A DNA stretch of 64,000 nucleotides. Source: an uncultured Rivularia sp. GTDB lineage: Bacteria; Cyanobacteriota; Cyanobacteriia; Cyanobacteriales; Nostocaceae. The position numbers were made by a program, and so were the translations under genes. The notes beneath the pieces were generated by a model. The model was not told the DNA's origin and searched no databases. It worked only from the letters and a program-made list of their open reading frames with translations. Within the stretch, counting starts at the first letter, position 1. Each line of letters opens with the position of its first letter. This document shows, in pieces, positions 41,302 to 51,984 of this stretch. The stretch is taken from contig OY762007.1 in assembly GCA_963665115.1 (NCBI GenBank), positions 6,272,001 to 6,336,000 of the forward strand, given 5' to 3'.

Positions 41302-42796
41302 TTAAAGGGGGGCTATAAATCCTGCTTGTTGTAATTCTTTTGCACTGTCTTTGAATGCTTGAATAATATTGTTAATATCTTCTTCGGTATGGGCTGTGGA
41401 AAGAAATCCGCCTTTGTCACCTTGTCGCAAATGAATTCCTTTCATGAGTAAATGAAATGACATTAAATTTGTCGCTATTGGGGAAATATTACTCTGGGAA
41501 TTATCTGCTGCAAAGAAGGAACCAAAGTGAGTATAAGTAAGAGGAATTCCTTCTTTTGTAAAGTAATTATTTAATTCTTTTACTAATTCAGATGTTCGCT
41601 TATTTAGCTTTTCCTGTAGCCCTACTCCTTCTGCTTTCAAATGCTCAAGTACGGCTTTTGATGCTGCTAAGGCTAATGGGTGTTTACAAAAAGTACCTGC
41701 AAAAAAGGTTGTTTTAGTTTGGGGAGCAGAATCATCACCGTAATTCCAAGTACCACCGTCGATGCTATCCATGTAAACAGCTTTACCCGCAATTACGGAC
41801 ATCGGTAAACCACCACCCACGATCTTGCTGTAGGTAACGATATCGGCATCAATATCAAACCAAGCTTGGGAACCACCCTGATGAATTCTAAATCCTGTCA
41901 CCATTTCATCAAAGATTAAGGCAATTCCAGCTTTTGAAGTTACACTTCGTAATTGCTGTAAAAATTCTCTGGGTTGTAATTGGGGACAGCGACTTTGTAC
42001 GGGTTTCCACTAATACCGCTGCTAACTGGTTTTTATTTGCTTCAATTACTTTTAATGACTGGGGATTTCCATAATCAAGCACCAACACGTTTTTTGCTAT
42101 ATCCTTGGGAATACCCGGTGCAGCAGGAACTCCTTTCGGACTAACGCTGTTTTTCAAACTTGATTGTATCGGACGCAATAAACCAGATATTAAACTACCA
42201 CTGGCGATTTTTCCTTCTAGTTTACGACTTGCAGCTTGTTTGGCATACTGGGCAATTGTCGCTCTAATTAAGGTACTATCCGAGTGTCCGTGATAAGAAT
42301 TTGTAAAAATAGCGATTTTATTGCGATTTGTTACGGTTCTAGCCATGCGAATCGCTGTCATGATGGCTTCTGTACCCGTATTGCTGAAAGTTGCTCTTTC
42401 TAATCCCGTTAATTCGCAGATGAGTTGAGCCACTTCACCAGCTAACTCGGCTTGGTATCCCATTGAGAAACCTTTATCCAATTGTGTGGCGATCGCCTTT
42501 TTGACAAATTCTGGATTGTGACCGAGTAAATTGATTCCCAAACCCATTAAAATATCGGTATACTCGTTGCCGTCAATATCCCAAAGTTTAGCACCAGCAG
42601 CCTTTTCCACAACAACTGGATAACATACCTCTTTTAATTCTGGAGAAAATCCCAATCCTAAAGAACTTTTATCTGCTAAAACCGGACGATAGGTTTGAGC
42701 ATAATTTTTCGATGCTTGGGTTCGCTTTGTATAGGATGCGATTAATTTTTCTAAATGTTGTGTTTGTAAATCGGTTTTATCTTTGGTTATCGTCAT
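41302..42796 (-). CDS. Class III PLP aminotransferase (GSA-aminomutase-like), +1 frameshift near 42004
   Basis: WDIDGNEY, NTGTEA, YHGH, repaired VEPVQSR, LIFDEMVTGFR, SKIVGGG, GTF. Confidence 0.88.
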
Positions 42797-42854
42797 ATAT
42801 TATTGATAATTAATATTTTTTTAACGCGGAGGAATGAGAGGTTTTTTTGAGCGT

Positions 42855-43709
42855 CTAATTTTTACGACAAATGAAATAAGCCGAATGATTGTCATCTAAT
42901 TGTGTTTTTCCATCGATAGTTTTAATTTGAATTTGGGTAAATCCAATTTCTTCTAATGCTGCTTTGACTTCCTCTGGATAATATCCCCTAACTTCATAGG
43001 TAATGTCTGAACGCTGCCAATTCTCCCACTGTTGAAAGTTAGATAATACTTTAAGACGAAATCGAGTTAATAATTTCAAACTTAATAATTTATACAATAA
43101 CTGCTTCAAACTTCCTTTTCTTCTGACCTTAGTTAGAGTTTGAAAAAGTGTGACTTTAAAATCCCCCATTCTATTTGTAGAGTCATAATTTGGGGTAATA
43201 TACCAAGCAAGTTCATCTTCTATTTCACCTTCTGCAACTTGAGAATTCCACCATTTTTGCATTTGTTCTGCATGGTTTAAATCAAACATAAATAAACCAT
43301 TCGGCTTTAATGCATTGTAAACGCTACTAAAAACAGCCTTTAATTCGTCAATGCTCAAAATATGATTTAGTGAAGCACTACTAGAAACAACTCCATCAAA
43401 ACGTTCTGTAAGTTTAAAAGTGCGAGCATCTCCTAAAATAAATTCTCCCTGTGGTGCATTTTGATGAGCATAATCGAGCATCGCTTCCGAACCGTCTAAA
43501 CCCGTTACTTTGTATCCTCGCTGTAACAATGGCTGCATTAAATGTCCAGTTCCACAGCACAAATCTAGTAAATCTGCGTCTTTAGGTAGATGTGGTAGTA
43601 ACATGATTTCTACAGGCTTAAGTTGCTCCAAGCCATACTGCGGTCCCATTGTATGGTTGTACAGCCAAGCCCAGGTATCGTATTCAGAATAGCGATTGGT
43701 TTTCACCAT
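42855..43709 (-). CDS. Class I SAM-dependent methyltransferase
   Basis: LLDLCCGTG, GLDGS..ML, LKPNG.F. Confidence 0.92.
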   Translation of the reverse strand: MVKTNRYSEYDTWAWLYNHTMGPQYGLEQLKPVEIMLLPHLPKDADLLDLCCGTGHLMQPLLQRGYKVTGLDGSEAMLDYAHQNAPQGEFILGDARTFKLTERFDGVVSSSASLNHILSIDELKAVFSSVYNALKPNGLFMFDLNHAEQMQKWWNSQVAEGEIEDELAWYITPNYDSTNRMGDFKVTLFQTLTKVRRKGSLKQLLYKLLSLKLLTRFRLKVLSNFQQWENWQRSDITYEVRGYYPEEVKAALEEIGFTQIQIKTIDGKTQLDDNHSAYFICRKN

Positions 43710-43746
43710 AGTATTTATAATGCTTTGTCGGGAGTCAGTTTTACTT

Positions 43747-43765
43747 ATTAAAATAAATTCTCAAT
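43747..43765. promoter_or_regulatory. Putative Fur box upstream of the tailoring operon
   Basis: ATTAAAATAAATTCTCAAT, with a perfect ATTCTCAAT half-site, about 40 nt above the methyltransferase start. Confidence 0.6.
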
Positions 43766-44111
43766 ACAATGACTAAATTTTCCTGATGTTCGTTATTATT
43801 GCACAGTAAGTTGTCATAATACAGGTAAATTATATTACGATATTGTGATATTTAATCGGATTGGTTATGTTGAGAACCAGTAAAGATGCCGATTTTACAG
43901 GAGTGCTTTGTTTTGAACTGTAAAAATTTTGCACGAATTAGCGGATAATAACAACATCTGATTACTTTCTCCGCCGATACTTCAAGAATAGCTCTTATCT
44001 GTTGGCTGTTACCTCCAATACATATTTCCAAAATATCCAGAGCTTCACAAAATCTTCATAAAAAACGATTTCGTCAATTGAAATTTTTAGTAATATTTAC
44101 GTAAATCCAAC

Positions 44112-44130
44112 TTTAAGAATTATTTGCAAC
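44112..44130. promoter_or_regulatory. Weaker putative Fur box upstream of the large secreted protein
   Basis: TTTAAGAATTATTTGCAAC. Confidence 0.35.
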
Positions 44131-44256
44131 TATTGCAAATATACGGCAATCTCAACTTATGATGATTGTGTTCGGTGAGCATTCAATCGGTTTTTTTTGT
44201 CAAGATAATAACTTATTTTCGCTTGCGTATTAAATCAAATGCGCTGGCTCGGTTTT

Positions 44257-44426
44257 GGGCGTTGCTGGATTGAAAGGCGGGATTTATTTTTCTCATATTT
44301 AGTAGCCTCCTAAATCCCCTGCCCCCGTGACCCCCCAATTCTGGGGGTACTGGGGGACTTTAAATTATTTTTTTCCCCCAGAATTGGGGGTTGGGGGGCA
44401 AATCATATTTTTAATTAGCAACGCCC
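44257..44426. repeat. GC-rich interspersed element (related copy at about 30867-30985)
   Basis: GGGCGTTGCT...AGCAACGCCC ends; shared TAAATCCCC, GGGGACTTT and CCCCCA.AATTGGGGG cores. Confidence 0.65.
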
Positions 44427-44471
44427 GGTTTTGCATGGAAAAGATGATATTCACATAACGGAAAATTAACA

Positions 44472-47400
44472 ATGGTACAAGTCAGGCTTACTACCGAGAC
44501 TAACTATGACGGCGAACTTAACGCGCTGCTTGAAGACCAACAAAGTGCGTTAACTGTTAGCTTCTCGTTGGATGAACCAGCTCCCTCTGGAGGTTTGAAG
44601 GTTTATGTAGATAGCGATGTCGAGCAAATTGTCAACCGTTTGAATTTACCGGGATTTGGGGCTAATCCAATCGTGGAAAATATCAACCCGTCGTTGCTTG
44701 GGACTAATTTTGACAATTCTGGCTTTTTCCTCACTATTGATGAAGGGGCTACGAATGCAAGCTTTACGATTGATGTGTTTGATAATTCTGAACCCGATAC
44801 GTTTTTACCAGAAACTTTTGATGGTTTGGTAGAAGCGGTGTTTGAGCTAAAAACTCAAGAACAGGTGGATGCTCAAGATTTGGGGGATGTAGGCAATCTC
44901 AGCGATTATACAATTAACAGTAATGCAGCAACAAGTAGTGTATTATTTGCTGATGAGGAAAGCCAGCTTACCGAGCAGTCAGAGCCGCCGACAACGCTCC
45001 CGTCACCCGAACCCGGTACGTTGCAGCTGAGCCTTTTTGGAGGACCTAGTTACCTGGTTGAAGCTGAGGGAACGGTATCGGCTCATGCTTTTCTGGCTAC
45101 CAATGGGGTGCTTCCCGAAGGTGGGCTAAAAGTTTCGGTAAATGCGCCCAGTTTAAGCGAGTTTGACTTGGCAGGGGTTTCGGTTGAAGGTGGCGAGATT
45201 GCAGCGGTGCGCGACGGTGGTTTTGACCTGCTGATGACGGAGTACACGACGCTGGTGAATTTGCCGATTGCGGATGATGGGGAAACTGAAGCTGGGGAAA
45301 CAGCTAGTTTTAGTTTGGCTGCGGGTGATGGGTATGAAATCAATGAGAACTACAGTAGCAATACGTTTAATCTGGTGGATACGGAGGCGGATATTCCCCA
45401 AGGTGCAATCAGCGAACCTAACGATATTATTACTGAAGCAGTAGATACTCAAATTAGCCTTGAGAATCCTTCGTTTTCTGGCAGTGCGGATATCTACTTT
45501 GATCCCGGCAACCGCTACCGCAATCCAGACGGCACTTATACTTACATCGATTACAGTGAAGACGTTGACCTTTATAAAGTATCGTTAAGTGCAGGCGATA
45601 CTATTGCCATTGAAACCTTTGAAGGTGAAGGAAACCCGAATGGATGGGAGCGTGGTGTCGAACTTGCATCGCAAATATTTGATGCCCAAGGAAATGCGGT
45701 TCAAGATTATTCTGTCTCTGGATTTCGTCTCGATCCTGCTGCACCAGATAAGCTGTTTGGTGGTTTAGATTATCTCGATGAAAATAATACCGATACTTAC
45801 CAAGAATTTACTGCACCCGAAGACGGTGATTACTACGTCGCTTTCGGTTCGTTTTACAACGTAGCAAGATTTTACGCTGAAGCGAATGATTTAAGCCCTT
45901 ATGACCCTTTTGCACCAGGTTCGGGGGATGGTAATCGGGCAATGTTCGGCAACTACGGCATCGAAATCGATTTGCTGACGGAAAACAATCCGCGTCAAAC
46001 AGGTACTCCAACACCACCTGTAAGCAATCCTAATGTTACCAATCCGCCTACGCTGACCTTGACGGCTAACCCCTTTAATATAGATAGCGAAGGTAATCTC
46101 ACTAATGCGGTAGTAGAACGCGCTGAAGTTGATAGCATTTCTGGTGTTAACTTTACGATTGAAGCCGAAGGTGAAATACCTGAAGGTGGGATTGAATTGG
46201 TTCTCAATAGCGATGCTAATCTGTTTGATTACGTTTCACTCTATTCGCAGAATGACCTTCCTGTTACCTTTGGAGGACAGTCATTAGGTGCGTTTTACAA
46301 CGAAGAAGGTATTCCGACGGGAATTCGGCTACTTATTGAAGAACCTACGATGACCGTTAGCCTCGAAACTGCTGATAACCGCTTTTGGTTTCCAGAACTC
46401 TTTGGCAATATTATCGATGTATACGAGCCTTTAGAGACAGATGGCGCAGAAAACGTTAGCTTTTTCCTGCAACCAGGAGAAGAGGGCTATGAGATTGCTT
46501 CTGATAATGAAGCAGAAGTAACATACTACGATTCTTTAGAAGATGTCCCCGCGTCTACTGGTGGTAGCAGTGACATTGTTCCTGAAGTTGGCGTGACGGC
46601 TAGCGAGACACAACTGACTGAAACAGAAGAAACCGAAACTACGATTACCTTTACATTATCAGAAGCCCCACCCCCTGAAGGCATAGTAGTGTATATAGAT
46701 AGCGAAGACGACACGCTAGTTGGTAGCCCCCTCAGTCAGTTTGCTGTTTTAGAAGCTGAGATTAGTGGTGGCAATTTCCCGGTTCCAAATGCAGATTCCT
46801 CTGGCTTTTACTTCACCATTACCGAACAGACGGCTACCATAACATTTTCTGCTTTTGATGAGCTATCACTCGGTTTAAATCTTCCTCCAGAAACTTTCCA
46901 AGAAGGGATTGTAAATCTAAGCTTTTCTCTTCAACCACAAGCAGGCTACACTATTGACGGTAATGCTAGCGAAATAAACTTCACTATTGCCGATAATCCA
47001 GACTCGCAGATTCAGGTCGGTCTTGCTGGTGGTATTCAAACGAATGAAGAAGAGGTAGATGAATCAAGCACCACTTTAATCGAGTCAGAAAATACGGTTA
47101 GCGTTCACACCTTTAACCTCAGTGCGCCACCATCAGAAGAAGGCTTAACTGTTAGCGTTGGTGCAGATTCACTTGATGATTTTGACTTAGATGCTGTTGA
47201 AGTAACGGGAGGCAAGATTGCTGCTGTACGGGATGATGGTTTTGATTTGAACATTACCGAACAGGAAGCAACTATCGCCTTACCTGTCCTTGGTGACGGC
47301 ACTAATGAGGGCATCGAAACTGCAACCTTTACTTTAGAACCAGGTGACACCTACGAAATCAACCAGGCAGCAACTCAAGCTACTTTTACACTTGTTGAAA

Positions 47401-48453
47401 CCTTAGACCAAGTTAGTGTGGCAGAAGAAGTTGAACTTAACGACACGCTAGCTGAAGCGAATGCGTTAGGTTTGAGCTTGGATAACCCTTCTGTTTCTCT
47501 TAATGGCTCTATCAATAGAAACGGAAACACTGTTGATTATCCCGAAGATGTCGATTTATACTCATTCAATCTTGATGCTGGACAAACCGTCAGTTTGAAC
47601 ATTGACACAGAAGAAGTGCTTCCTGAAACGCTTGAATTTAGACCAATAGTATTTCCAGCGTTGGAAGAAACACTTCAAAAGCCAGATACAGAACTGCGCT
47701 TGTTTGATGCAGAAGGTAACGAACTCGCTGCGAATACTGATGGTGCAGCTCCCGATGAAGACTTCTCCCGCGACCCCCTATCTTGAGTTTACTGCCGAAA
47801 CAGCAGGGACTTACTACGTAGGCGTAAGCCAACTAGGCAACCGTAACTACGACCCCAACGTCATCAGAAGCGGTAGCGGTTGGACGTTCCCAGAGGTGGG
47901 CGTTTACTTTGGTCCTTACGATTTAACTGTCTCTTTAGAAGATGGTACTAACAACCCAGCGGAACCTACCGAACCCGTATTCGGCTCCTTAGAAGCAGAT
48001 ATTATCGAAGTCACCGGAACCAGTCAACTAATTTTCGGTGGTGATTCCGACGATTTAATCGACGCTTCTATTGGTAGCACGGGGAGCAACCGTATTTACG
48101 CTGGTAGCGGTGACGATACTGCAATCCTGGGAATGTCCGATAGAATTGTCGGTGGTGAAGGCGCTGATAAATTCTTCGCAACTTCTGGCGGTGATAATAT
48201 TCTTACCGGGGGTGCGGGTGCAGATCAATTCTGGATTGCCACAGCCGAAACTCCCGATGCAGCGAATATCATAACCGACTTTACCAGTGGCGAAGATGTC
48301 CTTGGTATTGCTGGCTTAGGAATCGGCTTTGATGATTTGAGTATTACCCAGCAGGATGATAACACTTTGATTGCTACGAATAATTCTGATTTAGCTATTT
48401 TGCAGGGTATTGCTGCCGATAGCTTGATTGTAGATAACTTTGCGTTTGGTTAA
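44472..48453 (+). CDS. Large acidic secreted/surface protein with PPC-like domains and an RTX-like tail, +1 frameshift near 47776
   Basis: Two EDVDLY...L.AG..(I/V) PPC-type units, duplicated beta-sandwich segments, GG.G.D repeats and ITDF..GED tail; no Sec signal. Confidence 0.8.
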
Positions 48454-48841
48454 GGAATAGTGAGGAGTGAGGAATTGGGAGTGAGGAATTAAAATTTCTA
48501 CCCCCTCTTCCCACTCTTCCCCTTCTACCCCCTCTCCCATCATTACCCAATCCCATCCAACCAAGTTTGTAAATCAATAGCTCAAACAATAAAGCCGGGT
48601 ATTGTTGAAAAAGTTAAGCCACTGCGTTGGCGAGGTTCCCTCGCTTAAAGCAAGTGGCGTTTAAAAGATTGAATCTCGACGCATGGAAATCAGTTATCAG
48701 TTATCAATTATCAATTAGGAGTTATGAGTGAGGAGTTAGAAGTTATTTATTCTTCCCCTTGTCTCCTTGTCTCCTTGTCTCCCTATCTTCCCATGCCCAA
48801 TTCCCAATTACCTATTACCAATTACCCATTACCATCCCCAA

Positions 48842-51800
48842 TCATTTCATCAAATAAGAAATATAAGTAGATAACAATTTTGCATCTATCGCCGGACAGA
48901 TAATCGATGTATCGGCAAGTCCACTGAAAGTATTATGAGCATCAAACTGTAAAGGCTTTGACTCGGTTGTACTATTGCTGGAATTGGCAGAAAATAAAGA
49001 AGCAATAGCATACAAAGGATGATTGGGAGAGTTTTTAATAATTTTCAGTAATTTTTCTCGCCATTGTTGGTAAGGAAGTCTTTCGACGGGATAACCCATT
49101 GAATCAAGTTGTTTGAATAATACTTCTACCGAAACTGGTTGGGGATGTACTAAATGGAAAACTTTTCCCCAAGATTCTGACTGTTTTGATAAATGAATTA
49201 TTGCCTGACTTACATAGTCTACTGGCATGATATCCAACATCATATTGCCAATTGGGGCGCTTCCTAGCTGCACGCAACCCTGAATCATTTTGTAGAGAAA
49301 ATCGTTTCTGTTAAAAACTCCGGTTTGGCTGTCTCCGCTGACTGCTCCGACACGATATATTGAAACTGGAAGATTTCTTTGACGGGCGATCGCCATTAAT
49401 TTTTCTGCTACCCATTTACTTTGAGCGTAACCACCAGCAGGGGTACGGTTTACGTCAAGGGGTTCGTTTTCGTGAATAATTTGGTTTGTACCAGCAAATA
49501 CGCTGATGGTTGAAATAAAGTGTACGGGTTTGACTTTGTTTTTACAAGCTAATCGCAAAACTTCTTGAGTTCCCAATACGTTAGTCGCTTTTAGTAATGA
49601 GTAGGGGGAGGTATGATGAACCCATGCACCGTTATGGTAAATAGTGTCAATTTCAGTAGAAAGTTGTTGAAACTGGCTTTGAGAAAGTCCTAATAATGGT
49701 TGAGATAAATCTCCGACAATAGGAATAATCCGGTTGCTAAATGATTCTTGCCATTGTTGGTAAAGATTATAGGATTTTGATACCTTTTTAATTTTATCTC
49801 TTGCCAATTCAGTATTTTTAGCTCGGATAAGACAGTGAATTTTAGCTTTAGTTGCTTGTAAAAGTTCGTGGAGAAGAAAAGCACCAACGAAACCCGTTGC
49901 TCCTGTAAGAAGAATGTTATCTAGAATAACTTGAGAAGGTATTGCATTTTCAGGTTGAATTGTTTCATCTAAAACAGCTTCCGCTTCTAAATCGAGTTTG
50001 CTATGATTAGCTCTCTCGTGCAAATATTGCACAATTTCTGGTTTACGCTGTTTTATCTCAGTTTTAATTTCGGCAGTTAAGCCACCTTTGGGAGCATTAC
50101 ACTTAAGTTTTGGTTCTCCTAAAGTATCTTGATTGTCTTCTACCCAGAGTTTGATATCTTTATTAGAAAGCTCTTTAAGAAACTCGTTAATTGACTTAGT
50201 TTCTTTCTGTACCGATACACTTGAATTTACTTGATTATTATAACTCCTCGTTCGCTTTATTTCTTTGCGTCCTTTGTGTCCTCTGCGGTTAGTTTCTCCT
50301 AAAATAATTTCCTTACAACCATACAAGCGCTCGCTGTAAATACCATCTTGCTTGCATTGCTCAACTAACTTATTAGACTCAAGAATCGGACGAGAATCAT
50401 CTGTATAATTAATTGATGTAATATAAGTCAACCAAGGCTCTTGTCCCATCGCATAAACATAAACCTGTTGCGGATGAAATTGATTGACTAAATTAAAGGC
50501 TTTTTGAGCATCAGAACCATCTAATCTTCGCGTCTGCGCCATTTTTCTAGGAACAGATTGCGTCAACAAAGAACCATAAGCCCATGTATAAGGAGCGCCA
50601 TCGCATTCCATACCAATAAACATGACATCTAAATCGCCCAAAAGACTATGTAAATTGCTATATAAAGCAGGTTCTATATTATTAGAATCAGCCGCACATA
50701 ATATTTTTCTACCTTTAATATTGAACCAATAAGCAGCTTTTGTAGCAATATTTAAGTCGCCATGTTCGCCAAGTACGGGCAATGCTATGATAAATCCGTC
50801 TTTTATTTCTATAGTCTCTAAATCATCAATTTCTTTGACATTATTAAAGCCAATTGCTGATAAAATTAACTTCAAAGAAGGGTCAATCAAAGCACCTTTA
50901 TTACCCTTCGGTACTACAACATTACGGATTTTATGCCGTAACTGTAGCAAAGTTTCCAACATTACATGGTCTTGGTGATTATGAGTAATTACAGCATAGT
51001 CAATTACTTCCGGTAAATCCGCATAGGTATAGCGAGGAATTCCAGCACGATGTTGATAACTAATTAGCGGGTCGCATAGTATAGTAGTATCTTGAGTTTC
51101 TATCAAAACACAAGCATGACCGAAGTAACGAACCCTAACATCATCACCTTGATAATTATTTGATTCAGGAGGTTTTTCGGTTGTAAATAAAGAAGAAAAT
51201 ACAGCTTCTTGATGATTTTTTATATCGAAAATTTCTTTGATTTCATGATAAGAATCTCCTTGATAACGCATCCGAAACAATCTATCCCAAGCAGGATGAT
51301 TAAATTTAAAATTGAGATGCAGCGTATGATTATCTGGTAAACGAGGGGTACTTAAAACAAAAGAGCGAGAATCTTCATCGGTCAGAGATAAAGCAATAGA
51401 TTGACAAGCAGTTTGATAATTTGAATTACGATATAAAAGACCTTCAATCAAACGAATTGCGGGATGATTGTTAGCATCATAAACAAGTTCTATATAACCC
51501 TTCAATTCTTCAGGAACTTGTTCGTATAAAGGCTCTAAAGAATATCCAGTTGCTTGCTCGCGTAAAATATTTTCTAAATCGTGAATTGCCGTACTTAACT
51601 TGATTAAATTAGCTTGTTCTGCCTTAGTTTTTGCCAATAAATCCTTAATTTCACCAACTTTATCAACATCATAATTAATAAAAGGTCCTCCCATCATCGC
51701 CGGATTTTGCAAAGCTGATTTATGCACTTGCGGAGCTTCGATAAAAGACTCCATAATTTTGATATGGGAATGTGTGATGTACATTGCCGCAGTTGCAGGT

Positions 51801-51886
51801 GGTACAAGGTATGACCAAGCATACCACTGGTTAATTAAAGGTTCGGCGATCGCGTTTGGTTTTAGATAAACTATATTATTGGGCAT
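48842..51886 (-). CDS. CmlA-like MBL-fold diiron beta-hydroxylase fused to a TubC-type docking domain and a thioester reductase
   Basis: EPLINQWYAWSYL.PP, YFGHACV, THNHQDH, GEHGDL; then L....IKLWVE...LKC.AP; then LLTGATGFVG, GYAQSKWVAE. Confidence 0.85.
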   Translation of the reverse strand: MPNNIVYLKPNAIAEPLINQWYAWSYLVPPATAAMYITHSHIKIMESFIEAPQVHKSALQNPAMMGGPFINYDVDKVGEIKDLLAKTKAEQANLIKLSTAIHDLENILREQATGYSLEPLYEQVPEELKGYIELVYDANNHPAIRLIEGLLYRNSNYQTACQSIALSLTDEDSRSFVLSTPRLPDNHTLHLNFKFNHPAWDRLFRMRYQGDSYHEIKEIFDIKNHQEAVFSSLFTTEKPPESNNYQGDDVRVRYFGHACVLIETQDTTILCDPLISYQHRAGIPRYTYADLPEVIDYAVITHNHQDHVMLETLLQLRHKIRNVVVPKGNKGALIDPSLKLILSAIGFNNVKEIDDLETIEIKDGFIIALPVLGEHGDLNIATKAAYWFNIKGRKILCAADSNNIEPALYSNLHSLLGDLDVMFIGMECDGAPYTWAYGSLLTQSVPRKMAQTRRLDGSDAQKAFNLVNQFHPQQVYVYAMGQEPWLTYITSINYTDDSRPILESNKLVEQCKQDGIYSERLYGCKEIILGETNRRGHKGRKEIKRTRSYNNQVNSSVSVQKETKSINEFLKELSNKDIKLWVEDNQDTLGEPKLKCNAPKGGLTAEIKTEIKQRKPEIVQYLHERANHSKLDLEAEAVLDETIQPENAIPSQVILDNILLTGATGFVGAFLLHELLQATKAKIHCLIRAKNTELARDKIKKVSKSYNLYQQWQESFSNRIIPIVGDLSQPLLGLSQSQFQQLSTEIDTIYHNGAWVHHTSPYSLLKATNVLGTQEVLRLACKNKVKPVHFISTISVFAGTNQIIHENEPLDVNRTPAGGYAQSKWVAEKLMAIARQRNLPVSIYRVGAVSGDSQTGVFNRNDFLYKMIQGCVQLGSAPIGNMMLDIMPVDYVSQAIIHLSKQSESWGKVFHLVHPQPVSVEVLFKQLDSMGYPVERLPYQQWREKLLKIIKNSPNHPLYAIASLFSANSSNSTTESKPLQFDAHNTFSGLADTSIICPAIDAKLLSTYISYLMK

Positions 51887-51984
51887 GGGGCATGGGGCAT
51901 TGGGCATTGTTAACTGATTTTAAATTCCATCTCCTTTCTTTCCTCTCCGCGTTCCTCCGCGAAAACCTCCGCGCTCCTTTGCGT

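Noticed and set aside
44044..44058. TTCACAAAATCTTCA as a 13th CTCACA-box
   Set aside because: No TA-starting hexamer 11 nt downstream, and it lies outside the island
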